The position numbers and the translations under genes were made by a program. From positions 248,001-312,000 of the forward strand of contig JBEUKZ010000058.1 of assembly GCA_048128005.1 (NCBI GenBank): a stretch of DNA of 64,000 nt. Direction: 5' to 3'. How positions within the stretch are numbered: the stretch's first letter is position 1; each line of letters starts with the position of its first letter. This DNA is from Veleropilina oligotropha (taxonomy: Eukaryota). The notes under the pieces are model-generated. The model saw only the letters and a program-made list of their open reading frames with translations. It was not told where the DNA came from and ran no database searches. Below are positions 24,105 through 36,486 of the stretch, one piece after another.

Positions 24105-25409
24105 ATGATGGGATGACACAGATTCATCACCAGAAGAAAGATGATGATGAGGAGAAAACTTCATCTTTCTTGATAACTGATTGGAAGAAGACTTGAAGAA
24201 TGAAGTCTTCTTGGGAGACTGCGACTTCCTTCTACCGCGGACACGACCTCTGTCAGCCATCAGGAGAACGAGGAGAATGCTGCAGATGAAGAACAATGAT
24301 GATCTCTATGTAATAATGCCGATATGAATAGTAGTTGTAGTTGACTGCAGAGATTCTGACGAAGACTGGTGATCAAGACGACGTTTGCCAGCGTCCTTTT
24401 ATACCCTGTGGAATGACGTCATGACAGCGCCAACAAAACGTCAGGCGATCGTTACTCAGTCGTTTTGCGCCAATGGAACGTTACCCAAACGCTACTAAAA
24501 CGTTTCACATGCGTTGGTTATCGTTGGGGACACGCCTACTCCTATAGCATATGAGACTGATGTTAGGAACTATAGCAGGCTCTAACGTTGTTGGAGTAGG
24601 GACACGCCCATTGTCATGTCTACGTTCGGAGATTGCCCAAATTTTTGGTGAAATTTTCAAAACGCTGGGCGTGCGCTAGCATAGTCGTCATGATATGAGG
24701 GCGCCATTAGCTATGTACAGCTTGTCATATTATAAACAAAGTTGTTTCCTATTTAATTTATCTACCACATTCTCTGCCCCTTGAATCGCTCTTTCAAATT
24801 CATGTCACAGGGTTACCTGGCACTAGGCGCATACGCATACATTTCAAAAGATCTCTTTAGGCCTATATAGACTATAACTTTAAATAACCCGACGTCAGTG
24901 AATGTAGTCTAGTAGGAAGATGGGGTCCCCATGCACCTAAATGATATACTTTTTTAACTAACATTTTTGTAATCTTCAAGGTCCCTACTAAACGAATTTT
25001 GATATTCCCAAGGCGAAATATTGTCCCGTGTGGTCCATTGGCGACCATCTTTGATTTTCGACTTTTGAAAATACACATAGCATAGCACAGAGACAAATGA
25101 AACCATTTTGGGAGTTATTTAGGCATTATGCGGCGAGTGGAATGGTTCTATTCACGATTAAAATATTATTTAAAAAGTTGAGTACATGAAAACACGAAAA
25201 ACTTGATTTTTTTAAATATATGCATTCAAAGTTTTGAATGAGGACCCCACGTTCATGATAGCCTAGCATGACCAAATATCCATGCTTGCTTATTTGGTTA
25301 TCTTGAGGGGGGAATTATGTTTGGAGCAGAAGGTAATTAACAGCTTAACAAACAACTTACACATTAACATAAAATGGTTAACATAACATTTCTGATAGCC
25401 TAGCATGAC

Positions 25410-25845
25410 TGTACTGGAACAGTCCTACTGCATAATAGTTGTTATATTAATTCTCGCAAGTTGACTATATGTTACGTACAGTTGATAAAGTCTGCTGGAG
25501 TTGTCTCCCCTTACACGTTGCAGACATGATAGTCCGCATTGTTAAATTATGGTCTCCCTTGTTTGAGCCTCGTTTGGACCGCGGCGTGTCGTGAAACCAC
25601 GTTGTGTACATCGCGCGAAGATTCCAACTATCCTTCATCCTGAAGCCCGCACAACTTTCTTACTGTACTGCCCTGTGGCCTGACGGACAGACTGACAGAC
25701 AGATAAAGATGGTTAAAGCAACAACGGTCTTTCTTACTGTACTGCCCTGTGGCCTGACGGACAGACAGATAACGAAAAAGACCGTTGTTGCTTTAACCAT
25801 CTTTATCTGTCTGTCAGTCTGTCCGTCAGGCCACAGGGCAGTACA
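25410..25845 (+). repeat. BEL 5' LTR (436 bp, with internal duplication and inversion)
   Basis: TG...CA ends; matches 32593-32962 apart from about four substitutions and the rearranged hairpin. Confidence 0.92.
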
Positions 25846-25920
25846 GTAAGAAAGTTGCGACTTCCCGGGACGAAGTAAGAAGTTGGGTCTTACAGGACAA
25901 GTTGGACTTCCAGATCGATC

Positions 25921-28133
25921 ATGGCTTCGGAGGCAGGATTCGAACTTCGAAGAAGTCGGCGGGTGAGGAAGTTGACTGGTAAGGCATTCCTGCTTTACAC
26001 AGAAAAGGTACGAAATAATCTGCTAGAACTTTCAGCACTCAGAGAAGAAATAAAAAGTGTAATGCATGAACTTGTGTCTGAACATTCTGAAACTAGGAAA
26101 ACAGAAATAAGTGTCAGTTTTCGCCCTTTGATACGTGGGTACGAAACTCTTTCGAATGACTTTGAGACATCTTACGCGCACTGGCACTGAAGAAAGTGAA
26201 CTTGAATTGTGCACACACAAACTTATTACTGAAGCATTCATGTCTAGATTCGAACGAACAGTTGGAAAGGCAATTCCAATGAAAATGAAGCATATTTCAT
26301 CAATATATAGTTCATTCCTCATCCTCGAAATATCGGCCGCTGTCACATTCTTCCCAGAAGTCATCTACATGCAATGAAAGGGTCGTGCAGCAGTTATCAG
26401 AAACAGAGGCGGCACGTGTGAGACTCACGTTCGCTCAAAGAGAAGCAAATTTGAAGAAGGAAACTGCAATGTTAGAAGAGCAAGAGGTTGTATCACATGC
26501 ACAATCAACCAGGAAGAGATCAGACCTGAACACTGAATTGAATGTCTTACGACAAGAAAGGGATGCAGCAGAAGCAGAGGCTATACTCGAGGCGTTCGTG
26601 CATGGCAGCGGAGATGAAGATTCGTCCAACAGATCTTTCACGACTCCTCCATTATCGAACCTTGACAGAATTGAAGATTATGTTCAAGAGCAGAGCAGAA
26701 TGGTCAATACAACGCCAGAAATTGGTCGCAGCCTTGAGCAAGAACTGCTTGAAGTGGATCCTGAATATCCGCAGAGGACACCAAATGCGCCGCTGGTGAC
26801 CGCAACACCTGTAAATGTGGATTTAAACGTACCTGCAGCGACAAGGCAGGGTCATCGTGGAGTGCAGCCATTATTGTCAGCCATGGCAACTCCCTATTAT
26901 CCACCACCGGAAGTTGTGTCTGGACCACTACAAAGCATACCAGCGAATTTGGTGCCAATAGTCCCACAAGTCTATGCAGCATCGAATAAAACGTTCGTCG
27001 TCGACCCTACTCCACCTGTGATGCAGTCGACACCACAAACTGCTGATGTCATCAATGAATTCACCAACTACCTTTTGAAGAAGGATCTCATCATGGCACG
27101 ATTCACCACCTTCAATGACAGTCCAGTGACGTATTCTGTATGGAAGCGCACCTTCACAACAATAGTGAAAGACCTTAAAGTCAGCGCGCAAGAGGAGATG
27201 GATTTGTTGATAAAATGGCTCGGACCTGAATCGTCGAAGTATGCACTCAGTCTAAATTCATCCAACGCGCATAATCCGTTACGTGGTCTTGAACGCATAT
27301 GGTCAAGACTCGAAGAACGCTATGGAGCTCCAGAACTGGTTGAAAGCACTCTCAAATCCAGAATCGAGATCTTTCCAAGGTTACTACCGAAAGATTATAA
27401 GCGGTTGTACGAATTGTCGGACATCCTAGCAGAAGTGGAGTCACTTAAGGATAACCCTAAATATTCGGCGCTTCTAGGCTACTACGATACGTCATCAGGA
27501 ATCAACCCAGTTGTCACAAAGCTGCCTCAACATCTTCAGAATAAGTGGATGGACAAGGCCATGAAGTATAAGCAGACGAACTCGTGTACATTTCCACCAT
27601 TCTCCTTCTTTGTAAAATTCATAAATGAGATCGCCACTCACATGAACGATCCAAGCTTCGCTTCGGTAAGAGAAGATAGACAGGTCTACTCGCAGAATCA
27701 GAATAGGACCAACAACAGAACTCCGATGGTTGTAAAGAAAACTGAAGTTAATGGAAGGACATTTGAAGAAGATAAGCGTCCTCGACCGACTGATTGGACA
27801 ACACTCAACTCGAATTTGCAGCTATGCCCGTTGCACAAGACATCTCATTCTCTGAATGACTGCAAGGCCTTCCAGAAACAACCAATTGAAGAAAGAAGAC
27901 AATTCTTCAAGGAACATTCCATTTGTTACAAGTGTGGCGATAGTGACAGACACCTTGCGAGGAACTGTGAGGTGAACGTGAAGTGTTCGACATGCGCAAG
28001 TAACCGGCACCCTACAAGTTTGCATGATGAAAAGGCAAAGAACACTAGGACCCAAGGTGTTCGTGAAGTCAGCGAGGATCATGGCGGGGAGAATCGGAAC
28101 ATCACCTCCTTGTGCACTACAATCTGTGGTTGA
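25921..28133 (+). pseudogene. BEL gag (frameshifted 5' part; main ORF 26385-28133)
   Basis: MASEAGFELRRSRRVRKLT start; triple zinc knuckle CPLHKTSHSLNDC, CYKCGDSDRHLARNC, CSTCASNRHPTSLH; premature TGA at 28131. Confidence 0.85.
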
Positions 28134-31100
28134 GGCTTCCAAGGAAAATCCTGTGCATAGACTCTCCCGGTCAACGTATTTCCGAAAGGGAACCCAGAAC
28201 GTGCTGTGACTGTATATGCAATATTAGATGACCAGAGCAACCGCACCTTAGCAAGTCCAGAGCTCCTAGATGCCCTAGGTGTTGAAGGCCCAGATATAGA
28301 ATATACACCATAGGTGGTTTATCACTTACAAGCCCACATGGGTTTCTTGATAAATCTCCTTGCCACTTTAACACATTGTACAAATAATTACAGTATTTAC
28401 TTTAAACAATACTAATCGATAATTATACAGCCAAACGCAATAACGACCAACCTATCAGCATGCATACATTGTTTATCATGATTTGTTCAGTATAACATAC
28501 AAATATGCATGCCTGGTGTCAGTTGTTACCATTTATTTATTACTATTGTTTATAGAAATATTATTTGTAATATATGTATTATTATTGTTTGTACACTAGG
28601 CTAAATAAAAAAACATCAAACATCACTATCATCCTGCGCAGGAGACTTCTCAACATCAGGACGGCGCGCACATGGATACATAGTTCAATCAAGCGATGGC
28701 ATCTCAGAACTTGACCTCCCCACAATGGTAGAATGCAGCGAGATTCCAAGTAACCACTCAGAGATAGCTACACCAGAAGTGGCAAGGTATTACGGACACA
28801 TGAAGGAGATCGCAGACTGTATACCACCATTGGACCCAGACTGTCAGATTGGTCTGTTAATAGGAAGAGACCTCATAGGAGCTCATCATGTGCAGAAGCA
28901 GTTAATCGGACCTCCGAATGCTCCATTCGCTCAGCAACTTACCTTAGGCTGGGTGATCATTGGTGATGTTTGCTTGGGAAAAGTACACGAGCCACCAACA
29001 GGAGCAGACCATATCCGTAGCTTCAAGACACACATCCTACACCCTGGCAGAAGCTCCATATTCAAGCCATGCTCTAGCATACTTACGTTGAAAGAAAATA
29101 ACTGTACATATAAGGAAAATAAGAAGGTGAAACCTACCTACAACGGCGATGAACTCTTTATCAAAAGAGACGATGATGAAAAGATAGGCTTGTCAGTAGA
29201 TGACAGGGAGTTCTTTGATATCATGGATGGTCAGTTCAAAAAGGACAATGACGGAAATTGGATAGCACCCCTACCTTTCCGTGCCAATCGACAGGAGCTG
29301 CCCAATAATCGATACTTAGCTTTAAAGCGTGCCAAGATTCTGGATTCGAATCTACGAAAGAATGATACAAAAAGGGAACATTTTGTAACATTTATGCAGA
29401 AAGTGCTGGACACCCAAGCCGCAGATGTTGCGCTGCCCGCAAAGGGAGAAGTATGGTACTTACCAATCTTTGGTGTGTATCACCCGAAAAAACCTGACCG
29501 AATCAGAGGAGTATTTGATTCGTCGGCTACTTGTGAAGGCGTGTCCTTGAACGGCATACTTCTTTCTGGACCCAACCTGACAAACAGCTTGCTGGGCATC
29601 CTACTTCGGTTCCGTAAGGATGCATACGCTATCACAGCGGACATTGAACAAATGTTTTATGCATTTCTGGTGAAAGAGGATCAACGCGACTTCCTACGTT
29701 TCTTGTGGTATCGTGACAACAACCCTGACCTGGACCTATCGAGTATCGCATGAGAGTCCACGTTTTCGGGAATAGTCCCTCGCCGGCTGTTGCCACATAT
29801 GGTCTCCACAAGTCGGTCGAGAATGCAGATGATGATGTGAAACATTTCGTCAAGGAAGACTTTTATGTGGATGACGCGCTCACTTCCTTACCGACGGCGG
29901 AACAGGCCATCAGCATAATGAAGAGAACGCAAGCAACCTTGAAAAAGGAAGGTAATCTCCGACTCCACAAAATAGCTTGGAACAGCTCGGCGGTCATGAA
30001 TGCCTTCCCGGAAGAAGATCTTGGAAAGGAGTTGAAGGCCATAAACCTGGACAATGATCCTTTGCCTACCCATCAGAGCTTAGGATTGTTGTGGGATCTC
30101 AACGAGGACAGCTTCAGATTCACCTTGAACCTTCAAGAGAAACCCAACACTCGTCGAGGCTTCCTATCAACACTAAATGGAATCTACGACCCGCTCGGTT
30201 ATTTAGCACCGATGCTTCTCCAGGGCAAGATCTTGATGCGAGAAATCTCCAAAGGAAAGGATTGGGACGAGACGTTAGATCCTGATGTGTGCAAAAATGG
30301 AAATTTTGGACAGAATCAATGCAGGAGCTGGATAAGTTGTCCATTCCTCGCATGTTCATTACGAAGTCTCTCAGTACGGTGGAACAGCCAGAGCTCCACA
30401 TCTTTTCAGATGCGTCTGAGAAAGCCGTATGCGCGGTGACTTATGTGAAGACTGAAGAATCTGGCGAAGTCAAGGTCGGCTTTGTCATGGGGAAATCTAA
30501 ATTAGCACCATCACATGGTCACACTATTCCACGCCTGGAACTGTGTGCTGCCGTACTGGCAACTGAGATCGGAGAGATCATTGGTGAAAACCTGAATATA
30601 TCGTTGAACAAGATTAATTATCACACGGACAGCAAGGTGGTACTCGGTTACCTTAACAATACAACGAGGTGCTTCTTCAATTACGTCACTAACAGAGTAG
30701 AGCGAATCTTGCGCACATCGAAGACGGGCCAATGGAGTTACGTTCCAACAAAGGAAAATCCGGCTGACCATGGAACCAGAGGACTTGTCACTTCGGATCT
30801 TCTAAGAGAGAAGTGGATTGCGGGACCCAAAAGACTGCTCGCAGTGACCAGTTCCGACGAGCAAGAGATATACTCCTTGGTGACACCGGAAAATGATGCC
30901 GAGGTACGAGTCGAGGTCCACAAGACTACGGTCACCGAGACGATCACCAGAAGATTTCAAAGATTTTCGAGCTGGCACGCACTAGTAAATGCCATTACCC
31001 TTCTGAAACAGGCAGCAAGAAAATTCAAATTTCAAGGAAGTGACGAGAAGTCGAGCACAGAAATTCTTAGGGGTCGGAGCAGTTTATTTTGAAACATGAT

Positions 31101-32441
31101 CAACAAGACTACTATCACGAAGAAGTCACGTGTCTCCAAAATGGCAAACGTATTCCAGACAACAGCTCTATCCGAGAATTGAGCCCTTACTTGGACCACA
31201 GTGGAATCTTAAGGGTGGGAGGCCGCCTTCGTCAGAGTTCTCTCCCTTTGGAAGAAACCAACCCGATAATCTTGTCAAGTAAAAGTCGCATATCAAGACT
31301 TATCGTACGCAAATACCACGAAAACGTCAGACACCAAGGTCGGCTACTGACTGAAGGATCCGTGAGGAACAACGGTTATTGGATTGTTGGTGCAAAACGA
31401 CTAATCTCCAGTATGATACAAGGCTGCGTGACCTGCAGGAGACTACGAGGAACTGTGCAGCAGCAATGTATGGCAGACTTACCTGCAGACCGTCTTACAC
31501 CGGGCCCTCCGTTCACGTCAGTGGGTGTCGATGCCTTCGGACCATGGACAGTGGTGACACGAAGAACCAGAGGAGGTAGTGCTAACTCTAAGCGTTGGGC
31601 GATTCTCTTCTCATGTTTAACTACCAGAGCGGTGCATATCGAAGTCGTTGAAGAAATGAGCAGCTCGTCTTTCATCAATGCTCTTCGTCCCTTTGTGTCG
31701 TTGAGAGGCAGTGTGAAGGAATTGAGGTCGGACAGGGGTACCAATTTTGTTGGTGCGACTGCTGTCCTCCAAGTGAATGTTATAAATGTAGAAGAAGGCT
31801 CTGTGGCTAAGTTTCTCCACGGTGCCGCCGCCACATGGATCTTCAACGCACCACACTCCTCACACATGGGAGGAGTGTGGGAAAGAATGATCGGGATCGC
31901 CAGACGAATATTGGATGCCATGCTACTAAAAAGTCACGGCAAGGACCTTACGCACGAAGTACTTGTAACATTTATGGCCGAGGTTTGTGCCATAATGAAC
32001 TCTATACCAGTGGCACCAATATCAATGGATCCAACATCACCGATGATACTAAGTCCTGCTACGTTGCTGAACCAGAAAGTGTATGGCGGACCAATGTTAT
32101 GTCAAGAAGTGAACATCAAGGATATATACAGAGAACATTGGAAACAAGTCCAGGTGCTATCAGACATGTTCTGGCGACGCTGGAAAGAGGGATACATGCA
32201 CTCTCTACAGGTCCGACGCAAGTGGACAACCGAGCAACGAAATGTCAAGAACGGCGACGTCGTCCTGCTGAAGGATAACAGTCTACCAAGAGGAGAGTGG
32301 TCGACCGGCATCATCGTGAACGCTATCCAAAGCGAAAGTGACAATATGGTTCGAAAGGCTGAAGTGCGCGTCTCTAGGAACGGCAGATATGCGACATACA
32401 CCCGTCCCGTAACAGAGATGATCATTCTTTTAGACACTTGA
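28134..32441 (+). pseudogene. BEL pol: aspartic protease, RT, RNase H, integrase (several frameshifts)
   Basis: YAILDDQSNRTL (protease, about 28215-28250); ADIEQMF, VFGNSPSP, FYVDD (RT); FSDAS, TIPRLELCAA, ENPAD (RNase H); HHCC, GVDAFGP, SDRGTNF, GGVWERM (integrase, 31089-32441). Confidence 0.93.
28308..28625 (+). mobile_element. LINE 3' UTR fragment inserted in the BEL protease
   Basis: Removing it restores DIEYT-LSSCAG. Motif ttacaagcc...gggtttct resembles 22131-22152; ends aataaaaaaacatcaaacatca. Confidence 0.75.
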
Positions 32442-32592
32442 TGATCTGGCATAAAATGAACATTAATGCGCGATTATGTAGTATTGTTCATTTTCTATTA
32501 AGAGTCAGTTAACCGAGCCAGATAGTTTAGTTAGTAGTAGTGTTAATTTGTGTACTTTTTTATAAGTGATATCAATGATATCAGACGGGGAG

Positions 32593-32962
32593 TATACTGG
32601 AACAGTCCTACTGCATAATAGTTGTTATATTAATTCTCGCAAGTTGACTATATGTTACGTACAGTTGATAAAGTCTGCTGGAGTTGTCTCCCCTTACACG
32701 TTGCATACATGATAGTCCGCATTGTTAAATTATGGTCTCCCTTGTTTGAGCCTCGTTTGGACCGCGGCGTGTCGTGAAACCACGTTGTGTACATCGCGCG
32801 AAGATTCCAACTATCCTTCATCCTGAAGCCCGCACAACTTTCTTACTGTACTGCCATGTGGCCTGACGGACAGACTGACAGACAGATAAAGATGGTTAAA
32901 GCAACAACGGTCTTTTTCGTTATCTGTCTGTCAGTCTGTCAGTCAGGCCACAGGGCAGTACA
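32593..32962 (+). repeat. BEL 3' LTR (370 bp)
   Basis: Starts TA (TG mutated), ends CA, followed by TSD ATGAC. Confidence 0.93.
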
Positions 32963-35900
32963 ATGACAAATAATATCCATGCTTGCTCATATGACATGAA
33001 AAATGTTTATATAGACATTGCATAGGGATACATGAGACCATTTTTGAGTTATATGGGCAATAGGCAGTTATTGTAATGGCTATATTCATGATTAAAATAT
33101 TTAAACAAGTTGGGTATATTAAAACTTGAAAAACTTGATTTTATTTTGTATATTTTGAATTCATAGTCTTCAATGGGGACCCCACGTTCCTGATATCATA
33201 GCATGACCACAATATCCATGCTTGCCACTGTGGCTAATTTGAGAGAAATAATGTTTGCTCTAAGGTATATATGGAGCAAGTTAACCAACAACTAACACAT
33301 TAACATATATGCTAATGATTGTCTCTTACATTTCTATGTGAAAACTTCCATCTGTAGACTAGATATAGATTGAATCTGACGATGGTAACAATAGACTATT
33401 AATATTATCATACTGTAAGTGTGGTGGCGGATGCCAAAGTAAAAAAATGATAAAAATAACAATGGTGGTTGGTCAAAGGAACTGTTGAATTGTCCTCCGG
33501 TAACTTATGGATGGTATTCAGCATCTAGAGTTCACATCTTTCGATCAAGTCAAAGGAGACAACGACATGCTGGATAAGCTTCATAGCATCCGTGACCGAC
33601 GTCTCATTCTATCAAATGATTCACTATATCGCATAGAGGACTTTGTAATCGCATACCGGAAAGTCTAGCTGATGCAGATGGTTAACGTCGAGGTTGATAC
33701 CAAATATTTACTAAAATCGGAATTACTTGAAGTGTTGTGTAACACCTGACATATATGATGAAGTCTTATCAGCACGCTCTCCTCGCAAACGATCATTATC
33801 CGGCATTCAATTGTTCCATCTAGAATGTATCTTCTGTGAAGAACTTGAAAAAGTGTCAGGAAAGGTGGAATGATGCATTAAATTCCCAGTAATCAAGGAC
33901 AAGGATGGAAGGTCAAAGGAACTGGATAAACAGATTGAACATGGTTACCTAAAATTAAGCTTGCATCATGCAAGAGACACCAAGTTCCATCCTTTCTGGC
34001 GCAATTCAATCTTAGGTATATCAACCATCAATGAAAAACAGCCAAGCATTTGGACCCGGCCAATGACACAGAGCATGATTGTACGGTGTATGTACGTATG
34101 CAGGCATTTTGCTGTTATGCTAGATATGGTTTGGATACATAGTTACTGTAGTTAGGCAGAATGAGGTCGTGCAGCTTCTCTACATACACGAGCTGGAGAT
34201 AAATGACCTACCCAATCCATAGTATAGACGCAAGAAGCGGAAGACCCGAGTTAAAAGCTTGACATTCATGAGATAGAGCAAGGCTCTAGCGTATGCCTTT
34301 CATTTCAACATACTACGTAAGCAGCTCAATGAGGATTTCAGAGTATCCAGAGTCTCAGCATTTGTTATCACTCATCATCTCCATGTAGTTCATCCCAGTG
34401 TGAAATGCTCCTGGGGTGACTACATGGTTCTTATAATGCTCTGGGAATTTCCAAATAAATGGGAGGACTTTCATGCAGTCACCAAGATCAAAGATGTTGA
34501 GGATATATTCCTGACCCACTACCCTGGTGGCATCCTCTAACCATTGCAGAAGATCCCCAATGACTGCGTATTCAGTAAAGGGCTGGTCATGGTGGAGTGA
34601 AATAGGCGATAGTTAATTTTTGGAAGAGCTTAATGCCTTAGCTGAAATGAAGCCCCATAAGCCCTGGGACAAGTTGCTTGTGTCCCCTTTTCCCACTACT
34701 CATGCAAGACCCGGACACGATACACATTGGTGCATTTTCCGTACGCATCATTGTTGTTAATTTGTGGAGTAAAAGTAGTTTATTCAGAAAACTTATGGTC
34801 AACACTATCATAGATGTGGGTAGCGGAAAGTGTCTCTGATGTATCTACCTTCAGAGAGCTGGTCTTACTTCGTTCTTAGAGCGGGAATGTCCGTTCTTGG
34901 TTGGTGACATGAAATCCTTGCTTCAACTCCTATATGATGATTCCGCTCATGCTATTTATCATGTTTGAGCCATGTACGTTCGAAGTTATTTTGTTCATAT
35001 TGTTCCACCCGAGAGGAAACGCGTCATTCCCTCAATGGTAATAATCTGATGAGTGGGGTTGGTAGAAATATCAGCGAGAGCCGTTGCCAATGCCGTCACG
35101 GAATAGTAGCAAAATGATTAGAGTAATTCAAATCTAGTACCGTGATTATTACTAAATGTGATATAAACAGGGATCAAGAGAGGGATATGTCATACCTGGC
35201 TATCGAGAACACGATGCGTCTTGTCCGTTTCCAAAACTTTTATTAAAACTCTGAATCGATTTGAGTGTAGTGTAATACCAGGTATGGACATCGTGAAGCC
35301 TCAATATCGCGCTATCTTAGCAAACGATCATTATCCGTCATTCAGTTGTTTCCTCCAGATGTATCGTCTGTGAAAAACTTGAAATAAAAGTGTCCGGGAA
35401 GACTGAAAGATGAATTAAATCTACATAGTAACAAATTGATATTCGAGCCGTAGATCTAAACCTACATCATTTACATCGCATGATGCTAACGAATAATCTC
35501 ATGAGAGACGTTCCATTCATTCCTTCAAAATGAAATCATTAATGTTAAACTGAGGTATATCAACCATGTACGAGATGCAGCCAGACATTTGGACCCTGTC
35601 GTTGACACAGAGCACTATCGCAAGGTTGCTGTACACATGAAGACAATTGCTGATGTACTAGATATGGTTAGAGACCTAGTAGTTCGGCAGAATGAGATTG
35701 TGCAGCATTCACCGATACGTCTTCTCTGCATTCACTAGTTTGAGATAAATGCCTTCCGCTTGCAATTTAAGCTCGCCTTGATACGTCAATCACATCTGGA
35801 AAGTCTTACCACGCTGTCATTGGCGGTTTTTGGGTAGATTTTTTTTAAATTTTACTAAATTCAAGATGGCGGCCGAACACCGTGGATGGCCGCCCTGCCT

Positions 35901-36052
35901 TGCTCGTAGACCAACGTTGTGTCAAAGTTACTGGCCCCTGGCTATTGCTGTTTTCTAGTTACCTCTGGCAGAAAAAACATGGCATAATAATAATAAGCGG
36001 AAGAAAATCAATAGGTCTTCAAGACTAACTAACAAGGCTTGAAGCCCTAATA

Positions 36053-36409
36053 TGCAGCCGTGGTACAGTGGTAGATGCACTGGCCTCTCACTCGAGAGGT
36101 TTGGGGTTCAACCCCGATCCCGGCGAATTTCCTTGGGCAAGTAATTTAGCATATATGTGCCTCGGTTTCACCCAGCCGATCTGAGATCTGAGTGGGTACC
36201 TGGTTGGCAGTGACGAAAATTGTCATTACGTCAGACTAGTCTGATGCGCCTATAACTGGCAGCTCTGCTGTAATACTCTCAGAGAGAGTTGAGAAGGAAT
36301 ATTGAATGAACAGGCCAATAACCAGGGTAATAATAATGCACTTTGAGCATGCCCCTTTGTGGTGTGGATTTATATAGCGCTATATAAATGTCCTCATTAT
36401 TATTATTAT
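36053..36409 (+). mobile_element. tRNA-derived SINE with conserved central domain (Meta-SINE-like) and L2-type tail
   Basis: A box gtggtacagtgg, B box ggttcaaccc, central ccttgggcaag...cacccagc...tgggtacctgg, tail gcgctatataaat...(att)n. Confidence 0.75.
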
Positions 36410-36486
36410 AATACACGAAACAATTTCAATAGGTTTCCAAGACTTTCATAAGTATTGAAGCCCTAATTTATAAACGGAAGCCCTAA

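Larger units (their letters stand above)
20844..24706. mobile_element. PIF/Harbinger-like deletion derivative containing two later insertions
   Basis: Imperfect TIR tggcgccgtcacacaatgacgacta / tagtcgtcatgatatgagggcgcca with TTA on both sides. Confidence 0.7.
25410..32962 (+). mobile_element. BEL/Pao LTR retrotransposon, full length, frameshifted
   Basis: Two LTRs, 5-bp TSD ATGAC (25405-25409 and 32963-32967), purine tract agacggggag before the 3' LTR, domain order gag-PR-RT-RH-IN. Confidence 0.96.

Noticed and set aside
31376..31921. Antisense ORFs over BEL and DIRS coding regions
   Set aside because: Expected shadows of GC-rich coding sequence, with no recognisable motifs.
24905..33361. 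Academ-like element hosting the BEL insertion (tagtct...agacta)
   Set aside because: The terminal match is only about 7 bp and no TSD is evident.
36053..36125. Functional tRNA gene
   Set aside because: tRNA-like boxes run directly into a SINE body and tail; no convincing cloverleaf.
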